A stretch of 64,000 nucleotides of DNA, taken from contig OZ240239.1 in NCBI GenBank assembly GCA_965198095.1, positions 118,641 through 182,640 of the forward strand, written 5' to 3'. How positions within the stretch are numbered: the stretch's first letter is position 1; each line of letters starts with the position of its first letter. Source of the stretch: Candidatus Latescibacterota bacterium. GTDB taxonomy: Bacteria; Latescibacterota; UBA2968; GCA-2709665. This document shows positions 44,409 through 53,237 of the stretch, in pieces. Below the pieces are notes generated by a model. The model was given only the letters and a program-made list of their open reading frames with translations. It was not told the origin of the DNA and searched no databases. Position numbers and translations under genes: made by a program.

Positions 44409-46340
44409 CTACGAAGCACTCACCCACGTCAGAAAGGGTGAGGCGCCGCGATTTCCCCACGCATAGAAAGGGATCGCCGTCACCGGCGCGGCGGTCCCAC
44501 CCTCCCCGCGAAGGACAACGGTCTGGCCCAGGAGGCCTTCCTCCAGGTCGGTTTCGAACCCGGGCAGTTCCCCCACAGGCGCGTAGAGCCCCTCCCCTTG
44601 TCTTGAACGCGCCCCTGTCCCAACACAGATCTCCCACAGGTCGAGACCGGGATTGTCCGCCCCTTCGAAGCAGTAGACGAGGGGCCCCCGCATCAAGGCC
44701 AGTCTGCGTCGCAGGACCTTCACTCGGGGATCCGCCTGTACGCCGACGACCGGCATCGGCAGGTCCAGAATCACGCGGTCTCCCGGGCTCCACTCTCTGT
44801 GGATTCGGCAGTAGGATCCAGGTTCGACCCCACTGACAGCTGTACCGTTGACTTCAACCTTTGGGTTCGAACACCAACCGGGGATGCGCAGGTTCAGATC
44901 GAAGCTCGCGGGTTTCTGGGAAGAAACCTCGAGCTCTACGAGGCCCTCCCACGGATACTGCGTCTTTTGCGAAAGGGCGATCTCCGTACCATCCGGCAGG
45001 TGCCAATCTACGCGGCTGTTGTCGTAGAGGTGGACCCAGAAGCCACTTTCGGACGTGCTATAGATATAGCCGGGAACCGACGCGATCGTACAAAGCACGT
45101 TCGGGGGACAACAGCTGGGCGACAGAGACGCCCAGGTCGTTCTCGGAGGATGATCCCCGAGTGAAGCCAGGGGCACGAGGTAGGAGAAAGTGGTGTGGTC
45201 CAGCGAGACACCCGCCAGGATCCCGTTGTAGAGAATCCGCTCGAAAAGATCGGCATACACCGCCTCACCCGTCACGGCGAGCATCCGCCAGTTCCAGTAG
45301 GCGTTGCCGATCGTCGCGCAGGTCTCCATCCCGGTCGACCCGGTCCAGCCCCATACCCCCTGGGACAGGTCGAAGGCCTCTTCAACTGCCACTTCGGCTT
45401 CCCCGCGTTTGACCGCGATCGATCCAACAATATGCATCTTCCTCTTGGTGACGTCGTTCCAGATCGCGTCCAGCTTGTCCAGGTAGGCCTTATTTCCGGT
45501 TTCCGCGAAGGAGTCCGCGCCGCCGCACATCAGATAGGTCTGGCGAACGAGGTGTGCGGAACGACGGACGCCTACATTCGACCCGATCGCGACGCTCGGA
45601 CCGATTACGGGCGGCTGTCTGAGCAGAGGCGTCAGGAAATGCTCGGCGCCGCGCAGGTAGCGTTCATCGCCGGTCGAACGATACAACTCTACGAGCGCCA
45701 TCTCTATGGCGGGGTGCCCCGCGAACTCCTCGCCTCCGAATTTCGCGCAGACCCGGTCCGCAACGCCCATCGCGCATTCCAGGAATTTATCTTCACCGGT
45801 CGCGCGATGGTGGGCGATGGCCGTCTGGATCAGGTGGCCCGGAGTTGCGAGCCCATACGAGAGCTCGAAATTCTCGCCATAATAGATGTTGAAAAAATCT
45901 TCATTCTGATGTGCCGCGACGAAACCGGCCGCAAGGTCGTTGACCAGACCGCGGATCTCATCATCCTCACCCGACTGAAGCACGAACGCGCACGCTTCCA
46001 GCCACTTCGTCGCGTTCGCGCGCCATGTGTAGGACAGTCCGAGTTTGTTCTGGCCTCTATAGTTCTTGTCCAGAATCTCGAGGGCGGCCCCAATTTCCGG
46101 ACCGTCCGTAGACTGGGAGAATGTCCGGAACGGGCTGATCTGATCGTCCCTGTCGAGCCAGGAGAGGAAGGCCGGAATGCCCGCCCTGCGGCTGGCCTCC
46201 ATTCGCGGCCGCCAGAATCCCGCCTCCATCGTAACGGCCTGAATCGGGACCGGTCTTAGAATGGCGTGGGGGCTCTGAACGGTGGAAACGACGCCCGCCT
46301 CGTTCCAAGCCGGGAGGGTCTTACCTTCCTTGGTACTCAC
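44409..46340 (-). CDS. Glycoside hydrolase family 127 (beta-L-arabinofuranosidase-like, DUF1680)
   Basis: 643 aa with METCATIG (Glu-x-Cys) and SPSCCPPNV (Cys-Cys), matching the GH127 Zn and nucleophile motifs. Confidence 0.8.
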   Translation of the reverse strand: MSTKEGKTLPAWNEAGVVSTVQSPHAILRPVPIQAVTMEAGFWRPRMEASRRAGIPAFLSWLDRDDQISPFRTFSQSTDGPEIGAALEILDKNYRGQNKLGLSYTWRANATKWLEACAFVLQSGEDDEIRGLVNDLAAGFVAAHQNEDFFNIYYGENFELSYGLATPGHLIQTAIAHHRATGEDKFLECAMGVADRVCAKFGGEEFAGHPAIEMALVELYRSTGDERYLRGAEHFLTPLLRQPPVIGPSVAIGSNVGVRRSAHLVRQTYLMCGGADSFAETGNKAYLDKLDAIWNDVTKRKMHIVGSIAVKRGEAEVAVEEAFDLSQGVWGWTGSTGMETCATIGNAYWNWRMLAVTGEAVYADLFERILYNGILAGVSLDHTTFSYLVPLASLGDHPPRTTWASLSPSCCPPNVLCTIASVPGYIYSTSESGFWVHLYDNSRVDWHLPDGTEIALSQKTQYPWEGLVELEVSSQKPASFDLNLRIPGWCSNPKVEVNGTAVSGVEPGSYCRIHREWSPGDRVILDLPMPVVGVQADPRVKVLRRRLALMRGPLVYCFEGADNPGLDLWEICVGTGARSRQGEGLYAPVGELPGFETDLEEGLLGQTVVLRGEGGTAAPVTAIPFYAWGNRGASPFLTWVSAS

Positions 46341-46358
46341 TGGGTGACCTCCCCGACG

Positions 46359-47240
46359 TTATACCGGCATTGTGCGTTTGGTGTGGGCCCGCCCGATCTT
46401 GGCAGGCACTTCTCCCGCAGGCCCACAGGAGCCGATCATCAGGCCCTCGTCGATCATTTCAACCACGGTGTCCGGGAATACAAGATCGAGGAAAAAGACG
46501 TGCGCCTCCTGAAGGGCCGCCTTCACACGCTGGCGGGCCTGCGAGACCGCTTCGGGATAAGGAGGGTCGTGAGCGTCGGGATAACCGAACGACATCGCCA
46601 TGTCGCCGGCGCCCCACTCCCCACAGATGATGCCAGGCACCTTCGCAATCGACTCTGCGTTTTCCAGGGCACGTCTGTTTTCGATCTTGATTCCGAGCAT
46701 GATCTCGCCCACGGGATTCAGCGGCCAGACATCGGCCCGCTTCAAGTATTCCTGGACAGGAAGGCCCCACACTTCCGACGCGGATGCCTGCCCCTTATGA
46801 CCCCTGCGACCGGGATCCAGACCCTGTCCTACACCGAGCTGCTGGAAGGAGTAACGGCAGGATTCGACGAAGGCCTTGACGGCCTCCGGCGTTTCGGCAT
46901 GGGGCAGCGCGACGCCGTGGACCCCCTGCGCGAGGACCTGTTTGATCATCCAGGCGTTCGCCCGGACCACGGCTTCGCTCGTGCCGTCCGTCGGAATGGT
47001 CACGGACACGGCCGGCGTCCGGTGCCCGCTCCGGGTCGGACCGCCATCCACCAGGCCACGCATGAACTCGCCGATGGCGTGGACATCGAACGGATCGTGT
47101 TCCGTCTCGATCCTGATGTAGTCGGCCCACGTACCGGCCATCTCCCGGCCGGCTTCGTAAGAAACCTCCTGTGGATCGATATAGTAAATCGGCTGCCCCT
47201 GCTCGAGCAGTTCGATCGCCCTGTTGATCCGTTTCGGCAT
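46359..47240 (-). CDS. HpcH/HpaI aldolase / citrate-lyase-beta family
   Basis: 293 aa with DYIRIETEHDPFD and the (beta/alpha)8 aldolase pattern. Confidence 0.65.
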   Translation of the reverse strand: MPKRINRAIELLEQGQPIYYIDPQEVSYEAGREMAGTWADYIRIETEHDPFDVHAIGEFMRGLVDGGPTRSGHRTPAVSVTIPTDGTSEAVVRANAWMIKQVLAQGVHGVALPHAETPEAVKAFVESCRYSFQQLGVGQGLDPGRRGHKGQASASEVWGLPVQEYLKRADVWPLNPVGEIMLGIKIENRRALENAESIAKVPGIICGEWGAGDMAMSFGYPDAHDPPYPEAVSQARQRVKAALQEAHVFFLDLVFPDTVVEMIDEGLMIGSCGPAGEVPAKIGRAHTKRTMPV

Positions 47241-47265
47241 CTCTCACCTCCAAAAGATTCACGCT

Positions 47266-48330
47266 TTACACAATGCGCCACCGCGTGCCCATCAGGCAGG
47301 TCTTCTCGTCCAGTTGGTCCTTCTGGTAGTAGACTGTCCAGATCGATTCATCAGCCAACTGAACCGAGGCCGGGTAGCCCAGGTCTGCGTCGTGCGATGC
47401 GCAGACGAGCCCTTCGTTTCCGGCCTCCCAGCTCCTCCCCTCGTCCTTGCTGATACAGGCATACTCTCCGTACGGTGGCCTCCGCTTCCCGTAAACGACA
47501 AGCAGCCATCCGTTGTGCAATCGAATCAAGTGGGGAGGATAACCCCAGATCGAAGTCGGCGCCGCCACTGTCCAGGTCGCCCCGCCGTCCTCACTCAGCG
47601 ACTGCCGCAGAAAGTGCTGCGCTCGGTCTTGGGGTACGTAGCGAAACATCGCGACGAGGCGCCCGTCTTCCGTCTCGACGGCGTGGGGTTCGTGGTAGTG
47701 ATCGATCGATTCATCGGGAGGGATCTCGATCCGACCCAGAAGCACCCAGGAACGGCCGTCGTCCTCCGACTGCTCTACCAGGAGCGCCTCCTCGTCGTGA
47801 AAGATCGTCCTGCCCACGTAGAGGAGCCGTCCGTCACTCAATTCAATTGGACCGTGAGGCGCGCTCTCCTGCGTTCGAACCGGCGCCTCCCAGGTCTTTC
47901 CTCCGTCCCCCGACCGCCGCACCCAGTGCCCCAGCCAGTCACGCCTGTCTTCCTGTGTAAGCGAATCAATAGTCGCCTGCCACCGGTCTGCCGTCTCGTC
48001 GCCGTACTGCTCCCGGTATCTCAGCATCCGCGCTTCCGAAGCGACGCCGGTAAACCAGCTCACCACGATCGCGCCAGATCGAGTCACAATGATCCCCGCA
48101 TCCCGATCATCCACGGGCGTGTCGTTGATCGTCTCCGGGGTACTCCAGTTCGCGCCGCTGTCGGAGGACCGCACGAGCTGCGTCTTGCCGTAGGGACAGA
48201 CGTGTGAATCGCGGTCTCCTGAAAAGGCGACAAGCAATTCTTCTTGTGCCGTCTTCGCGATCGTCGGCCAACCGATGTAGCGACCGGGTTGTTTGCAGAT
48301 CACCTGCGTTGACAATACTTCGATTTCCAC
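47266..48330 (-). CDS. BNR/Asp-box repeat protein (sialidase-like, GH33-type beta-propeller)
   Basis: 354 aa with five Asp-boxes: SSDSGANWS, SGDGGKTWE, SEDDGRSWV, SEDGGATWT and SKDEGRSWE. Confidence 0.8.
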   Translation of the reverse strand: MEIEVLSTQVICKQPGRYIGWPTIAKTAQEELLVAFSGDRDSHVCPYGKTQLVRSSDSGANWSTPETINDTPVDDRDAGIIVTRSGAIVVSWFTGVASEARMLRYREQYGDETADRWQATIDSLTQEDRRDWLGHWVRRSGDGGKTWEAPVRTQESAPHGPIELSDGRLLYVGRTIFHDEEALLVEQSEDDGRSWVLLGRIEIPPDESIDHYHEPHAVETEDGRLVAMFRYVPQDRAQHFLRQSLSEDGGATWTVAAPTSIWGYPPHLIRLHNGWLLVVYGKRRPPYGEYACISKDEGRSWEAGNEGLVCASHDADLGYPASVQLADESIWTVYYQKDQLDEKTCLMGTRWRIV

Positions 48331-48367
48331 GAATTTCCTCCCGTAGAGACGCCCCTGCGGGGCGTCT

Positions 48368-49474
48368 CTACCCGACGCGATGTTCTTCCAGCAATTCGTA
48401 GTTCGGTTCCATCCCCAGGCCGGGCCGATCCGGCACGGTCACATACCCATCCTTGTCCAGGACGAGCGGATCCTTGAAGATGCGGCCGCGCAACGGGTCT
48501 ACCGTTTCGCGATAGAACTCCAGAATCAGACCGTTCGAAATCGCCGCAACGAGGTGGATGTGGACCTCCTGCGCACCGTGCGGGGCGATGCGCAGATCGT
48601 GGGCGGCCGCCAGGGCGGCGACCTGCATGAACTCGGTCACGCCTCCGAGGATCTGGGCATCCGCGTTGAAGATCGCGGCGCTGTCGTGGTCGATCAGGTC
48701 GCGGAATCCATAGCGCGTGTACTCATTCTCGCCCGTGGCAATCGGAATCACCGTCGCCTGCGCAACCTGCGCGTGTCCGCGGTAGTCATCCGGCGCCACA
48801 GGCTCCTCGAACCAGAACGGATCGTAGGGCTCCATCTTGCGGGCCATGTCGATCGCCTCGTAGGCCGCGTAGGCGTTGTTGGCATCCACGAGCAGCTTGA
48901 TGTTGGGCCCGATCGTCTCCCTCACGACACGTACCCGCTCCACGTCCTCGGGGATCGACACGCCGCCCACCTTCATCTTCACCGCTTTCGCCCCCAGGTC
49001 CAGATTTTCCTCCATTTCCCGGGCCAGTTCCTTCAACCCTTTGCCCCCTTCGTAGTAGCCGCCCGCGATATAGGTCGGGATGCGGTCCGTGTAGCCGCCG
49101 AGCAGCTTGTGCACGGATTTGCCCAGAATCTTGCCCATCAGGTCCCACAACGCGATGTCGATCCCACTGATCACCTGCGTCGACATTCCGCGGCGGCCCA
49201 CGATCTTGGGTGTCCACATCCGCTCCCAGATGCGCCGATAGGCGAACGGATCCTCGCCGATCAGGGCCTGCTTGAAATGGTCGACCAGGGCGCTTGTCAC
49301 CTCGCCCGGACGACCCGCCGCGGTGCCCCCGCCCCATCCGATCCCGGTAATGCCCTCGTCCGTCGCGATTCGGATCAGGTTCAGACCGACCGTCGTGTAC
49401 GTATACTTCCCGTTCCGAATCGGTCGGGGGCGCGGCCAGGCGTAGCGCTGCACGGTCACATCGGTAATCTTCAT
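48368..49474 (-). CDS. Enolase-superfamily enzyme, mandelate-racemase subgroup (acid-sugar dehydratase-like)
   Basis: 368 aa with VKMKVGG, LLVDANNAY, FWFEEP, IATGENE and IAPHG. Confidence 0.8.
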   Translation of the reverse strand: MKITDVTVQRYAWPRPRPIRNGKYTYTTVGLNLIRIATDEGITGIGWGGGTAAGRPGEVTSALVDHFKQALIGEDPFAYRRIWERMWTPKIVGRRGMSTQVISGIDIALWDLMGKILGKSVHKLLGGYTDRIPTYIAGGYYEGGKGLKELAREMEENLDLGAKAVKMKVGGVSIPEDVERVRVVRETIGPNIKLLVDANNAYAAYEAIDMARKMEPYDPFWFEEPVAPDDYRGHAQVAQATVIPIATGENEYTRYGFRDLIDHDSAAIFNADAQILGGVTEFMQVAALAAAHDLRIAPHGAQEVHIHLVAAISNGLILEFYRETVDPLRGRIFKDPLVLDKDGYVTVPDRPGLGMEPNYELLEEHRVG

Positions 49475-49565
49475 CCAAGAATCTCCTTACCGATTCTCTT
49501 CGTCAATGACGCAATCTATTGACTATCGTTTCCTTTCTCCGGGCGTTCCCGCCTCCGCCGTCATC

Positions 49566-49619
49566 TTTTGACTTCCCGGTACCCCGTGTCTTGTTCTCCC
49601 GGAACCCGGTACCCGGTAG
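49566..49619. repeat. GGTACC-box copy 7 (expanded)
   Basis: TTTTGACTTCCCGGTACCCCGTGTCTTGTTCTCCCGGAACCCGGTACCCGGTA, ending 8 nt after the stop at 49627. Confidence 0.7.
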
Positions 49620-49626
49620 CTCGCTG

Positions 49627-50547
49627 TTACGCCACGTCACCCAAGATCTGCGCGACGACATCCAGACCCACGAGCTCGCTCCACGCCTGCTGCAGCCTGC
49701 CGCACGCCGGTCCCGGCTTTCCGTTACCGATCGCCATGTTGTTGATCCGCGTCACCGGCCTGAGGCAGAATGGGGTCGAGCTCTCAAAGGCCTCGTCCGC
49801 GTTGCAGACGTCGAACACCTGGAAGTCTCTTTCCACGAACGGAATCTCGAGTCTGTCTGCCAACTCGATCACGGTCTGCCGGCTGATCCCCGGAAGGGCG
49901 TTGCGCAGCGTCGGGGAAACGATCGTTCCCTCCTGAACGATCAGCAGGTTCCCGCCGCTGAACTCGGCCACGTTCCCATCCAGGTCCAGCATCAGCACTG
50001 CTGCCTTCGGGTCGACCATCCTCGCCTCTTTCTCCGCCAGCCAGTAATGCATTCGGCTTCGATATTTCATCTTGGGGTCGATACACTGCGGTGGCACGTG
50101 ACGGGTGGACGGCGTTACCGCGTGCACGCCGTCCCGCACCCCCTCGGTCCAGAAGTGCAGGGGCAGAGCGAAGGTGTGAACACAGACCGTCGGTGCCATC
50201 TCCTGCGTCCCGGCGGAGGTGCCGGCGTAGACCGAAAACGATCCGGCCGTGACGAAGTGGATCACGCCCAGCTCCTTTTCCTTCGGAAGCAGCGCGGCGT
50301 TGTGGTCGATCACCTTCATGGTGATGTCGATCATCTCCTTCGGGCTGATCTCTGTCTGGAAACGGGCGTAGTTCATCGACCGGTAGAGCCGGTCCACGTG
50401 CTCGCCGAGCTTGAACGGCTTCTGGTTGAACGTCCGGGTCATCTCGGTGACCGTTGCGCCCAGCACGACACCGGCGTCGTAGACCGGCAACGCAGCCTCC
50501 GCGTAGGGTATGAATTTTCCCTTCAGGTAGGCGATGGGCTCTTTCAC
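49627..50547 (-). CDS. Class IV (branched-chain / D-amino-acid) aminotransferase
   Basis: 306 aa with LDLDGNVAEFSGGNLLIVQEGTIVSPTLRNALPGISRQTVIELA, typical of fold-type IV enzymes. Confidence 0.8.
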   Translation of the reverse strand: MKEPIAYLKGKFIPYAEAALPVYDAGVVLGATVTEMTRTFNQKPFKLGEHVDRLYRSMNYARFQTEISPKEMIDITMKVIDHNAALLPKEKELGVIHFVTAGSFSVYAGTSAGTQEMAPTVCVHTFALPLHFWTEGVRDGVHAVTPSTRHVPPQCIDPKMKYRSRMHYWLAEKEARMVDPKAAVLMLDLDGNVAEFSGGNLLIVQEGTIVSPTLRNALPGISRQTVIELADRLEIPFVERDFQVFDVCNADEAFESSTPFCLRPVTRINNMAIGNGKPGPACGRLQQAWSELVGLDVVAQILGDVA

Positions 50548-50782
50548 GTCCGATACCCTCCCGCGACGATCTACAAAATACAGCCGCTCATAGCCACATT
50601 ACGCGCGATTGTCCCATCTCAACATACGGAATGTTACACTCCGGCGCGACGCAAATCGGCCCTAGTGACGAATCCTCAGCCGATCGCGCTCTACGGATTC
50701 GAACCACGCCTCCCAGTCATCCTCCGAATGGCGATCCACGATCCGGTCGTCTCTTTTGGGACACGATCGACGAGCGACAGAT

Positions 50783-51553
50783 TTATCTTACGCAGCCCGG
50801 AAAGCACCGCCCCTTGACCCGAAAGTATTCAGGCCCGGGGCCTTCTCGCGTGTAGCGAGATTGGGCGCTCATGTAGGACAGGGCGCTGGCGCGGCGCCAC
50901 CGGTCGGAGCGGTTGGGCGACGTATAGTGGGGCAGCAACGAGTGAAAGAAGAGGCCCGCACCCGCAGGAATGGGGACAACCCTCAACTCGCCGAGTTCGG
51001 CCTGGATTTCATCGTCGATGACGAAATCGTCCGTCACCTGATGATGCGGGAGCGGACCCCGCTTGTGCCCTCCAGGAAGGACCTGCATACACCCGTTTTC
51101 TTCGTCGGTATCGTCAAAGGCGAACCAGCAAGAAACCAGGGCCATCGGTTCGATCGGCCAGTAGGGAGAATCCTGGTGAAACCCTTTGGCCGATCCCACG
51201 CCCGGCGGCTTGGCCAGCAGCGAATTTCGAAACATCTTGATATCAGGTCCCAAGATGCCCTCGACCTTGGAGACGATGGCGGGGTGGGTGCCAAGGCTGC
51301 GAAAGCGGTCATCCCCTTCCACGAGCCCGTCGACCTTCCGAATCCCGTCCCCCGGATGGTCGACGCCGATCTCGCCGCGGGCCACCCTGGGCTCTGTTTG
51401 GAAACGCACGTCGCCCCGGTCCCGGCCTCCGTGCGTGTACGCGCGGAACCGCTCCAGCAAACCTTCGATTTGTTCTCGAGGGAGCAGATGCTCGACAACG
51501 AAGAACCCGTCACGGTCATACGCCACGCGCTCTTTCTGTGTGAGACCCTGCAT
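50783..51553 (-). CDS. Phytanoyl-CoA dioxygenase (PhyH) family oxygenase
   Basis: Trimmed to MQGLTQKERVAYDRDGFFVVEHLL, with AAGGAG 7 nt upstream. FHQD, VLPGGHK and HSLLPHYT. Confidence 0.75.
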   Translation of the reverse strand: MQGLTQKERVAYDRDGFFVVEHLLPREQIEGLLERFRAYTHGGRDRGDVRFQTEPRVARGEIGVDHPGDGIRKVDGLVEGDDRFRSLGTHPAIVSKVEGILGPDIKMFRNSLLAKPPGVGSAKGFHQDSPYWPIEPMALVSCWFAFDDTDEENGCMQVLPGGHKRGPLPHHQVTDDFVIDDEIQAELGELRVVPIPAGAGLFFHSLLPHYTSPNRSDRWRRASALSYMSAQSRYTREGPGPEYFRVKGRCFPGCVR

Positions 51554-51584
51554 TTTCACTCCTTGTATATCGCCAGTCAGAATC

Positions 51585-51606
51585 CACCGGCAGCAAGCTG
51601 CCGGTG
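51585..51606. repeat. Perfect hairpin CACCGGCAGC-AA-GCTGCCGGTG (third copy)
   Basis: Identical core to 36352-36373, followed by CCACAC. Lies 32 nt upstream of the PhyH start at 51553. Confidence 0.7.
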
Positions 51607-51667
51607 CCACACCACACAACATCGATTACGAGACTATATCACCCGCGCCACGGGCACGCTCGAGGCT

Positions 51668-53194
51668 TCAAGATCCGACTCTGAAAGAATAGAGCTCAGC
51701 GTCCTTCATCACAAACCGAAGACGAATCGGCGCTCCTTCCAGTCCCTGTATCGCCCGACGCTCCTTCCACTGCACCTCGTGGTCGATCGCATCGCCTGCG
51801 AACGGAACGGCATCCTCGCGAGAGAAACCCGTGAGCGGCTCCGCGTATTCGTCCAGTACCTCCACCGCCACGCTTCCTCTCGCGGCGCGCGCATTCACGA
51901 ATACTTTCTTTCCTCTCCCCGGATCGAACGGCCGCGTCAACAGTTCTCCCCCGGCGTCCCCGGCGTTCACCGAAACAAACCCGTCCAGGCGAAGCGTGGC
52001 CAGGCCCACCGCCCCCGTGACCTCGCGGCCTTCCACGATCGTATCCCTCACGCGAGAGAGACGCTGTCCGTGGCCCCTGACCTTTCCGGAGTAATAGATC
52101 TTCAGCTCATCGCCGCGTTCGACCATGCCTGTCGGATAGATCTCCATTTCATCCCAGTCTCCGGCCTTCCCGCAGGCCATCAACAGCTGTCGGTCGCATA
52201 CCCGCGTCCAGGCGTGACCGTCCCGACTGAAGGCCAGCTGCGCGTCCATCAGCTTGTCGAGCCCCTCGGCGTCCGAAGGCCTGCCTCCGGTCTCCGGGTC
52301 GGTATTTCCGGTGTGCGTATAGTTGTAGTAGATCCACAGGAACCCGATGTAACAGTCCTCGTACTCGAAAAACGGCATGTTGTAGAACTCAATCCCCGTA
52401 TCATCCTGATCATCCGGCACGAGCACGACGTCATCCTGGGGCAGCGTCCAATGGATGAAGTCCGGACTCGTGCATCGGCCCAGGACCCGAATCCCGCGCG
52501 GCCCCCGCTCGGGGTAGACCAGCCAGGGCATCGGTCTGAAGTAGCCGACATAGGCGTTCAGCCGCGCATCCCAGATCACCCTTCCCGCGCCCAGACCCCG
52601 GTCGAGTACCGGATTTTCCGGGTGGTCGGTCCAGTGGAGCCCGTCTGGCGAGAAGGCAACCCCCACGCGCTGCGATCGGTCCCCCGTGCCGATCACCGCT
52701 TTGAACCGCTTCTGCGGATCCGCGTCGTGTGGATCATACATGGCCGGCTTGCGCGGACACAGATTCGTCTTCTCATCCGAACCGGGAAAGGGCGCCAGGC
52801 CCAAGGGCGGTTTCTCGAAGTGGACGCCGTCCGTCGATACGGCGTAACAGTGGGAATAGACGTTCAAGGGGCCACCCTTTCGCTGCCGAATGTCCAGCCC
52901 GGGCACCTCGACCGAATCGTTTCCGTGAACCCCGTCAACCTTTTCCAGATCCTCGAACCCGGGCAGAGAGTCGTGCACCTTGAAGCAGGTGTACCACAGC
53001 TTGTACAGCCCGTCGTTCTCGTCGTAGATCACCATGTGAGGCGAGGCACCCGTGCCTTCCCACGGATCTTCCGGAACCAGAATGGGATTCTCCGGGTGTT
53101 TTTCGGGCTGATGAAGCACCCGGTAGACATTATCCATCCGGCCGATCAGGTGGTCATCCAGGAAAAGCTGTCGCTTCAACCCGATCTCGATCAC
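51668..53194 (-). CDS. Five-bladed beta-propeller glycoside-hydrolase-like protein with a C-terminal beta-sandwich
   Basis: Start set at in-frame GTG 53194, with AAAGGAG 6 nt upstream. This aligns VIEIGLKRQLFLDDHLI with the paralog ...VGTRKQLFVDDHII. C-terminus ...IRLRFVMKDAELYSFRVGS. Confidence 0.75.
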   Translation of the reverse strand: MIEIGLKRQLFLDDHLIGRMDNVYRVLHQPEKHPENPILVPEDPWEGTGASPHMVIYDENDGLYKLWYTCFKVHDSLPGFEDLEKVDGVHGNDSVEVPGLDIRQRKGGPLNVYSHCYAVSTDGVHFEKPPLGLAPFPGSDEKTNLCPRKPAMYDPHDADPQKRFKAVIGTGDRSQRVGVAFSPDGLHWTDHPENPVLDRGLGAGRVIWDARLNAYVGYFRPMPWLVYPERGPRGIRVLGRCTSPDFIHWTLPQDDVVLVPDDQDDTGIEFYNMPFFEYEDCYIGFLWIYYNYTHTGNTDPETGGRPSDAEGLDKLMDAQLAFSRDGHAWTRVCDRQLLMACGKAGDWDEMEIYPTGMVERGDELKIYYSGKVRGHGQRLSRVRDTIVEGREVTGAVGLATLRLDGFVSVNAGDAGGELLTRPFDPGRGKKVFVNARAARGSVAVEVLDEYAEPLTGFSREDAVPFAGDAIDHEVQWKERRAIQGLEGAPIRLRFVMKDAELYSFRVGS

Positions 53195-53237
53195 ACGTCG
53201 CTCCTTTCGCCCCTTGACTCGAAACCCGAAACTGATG

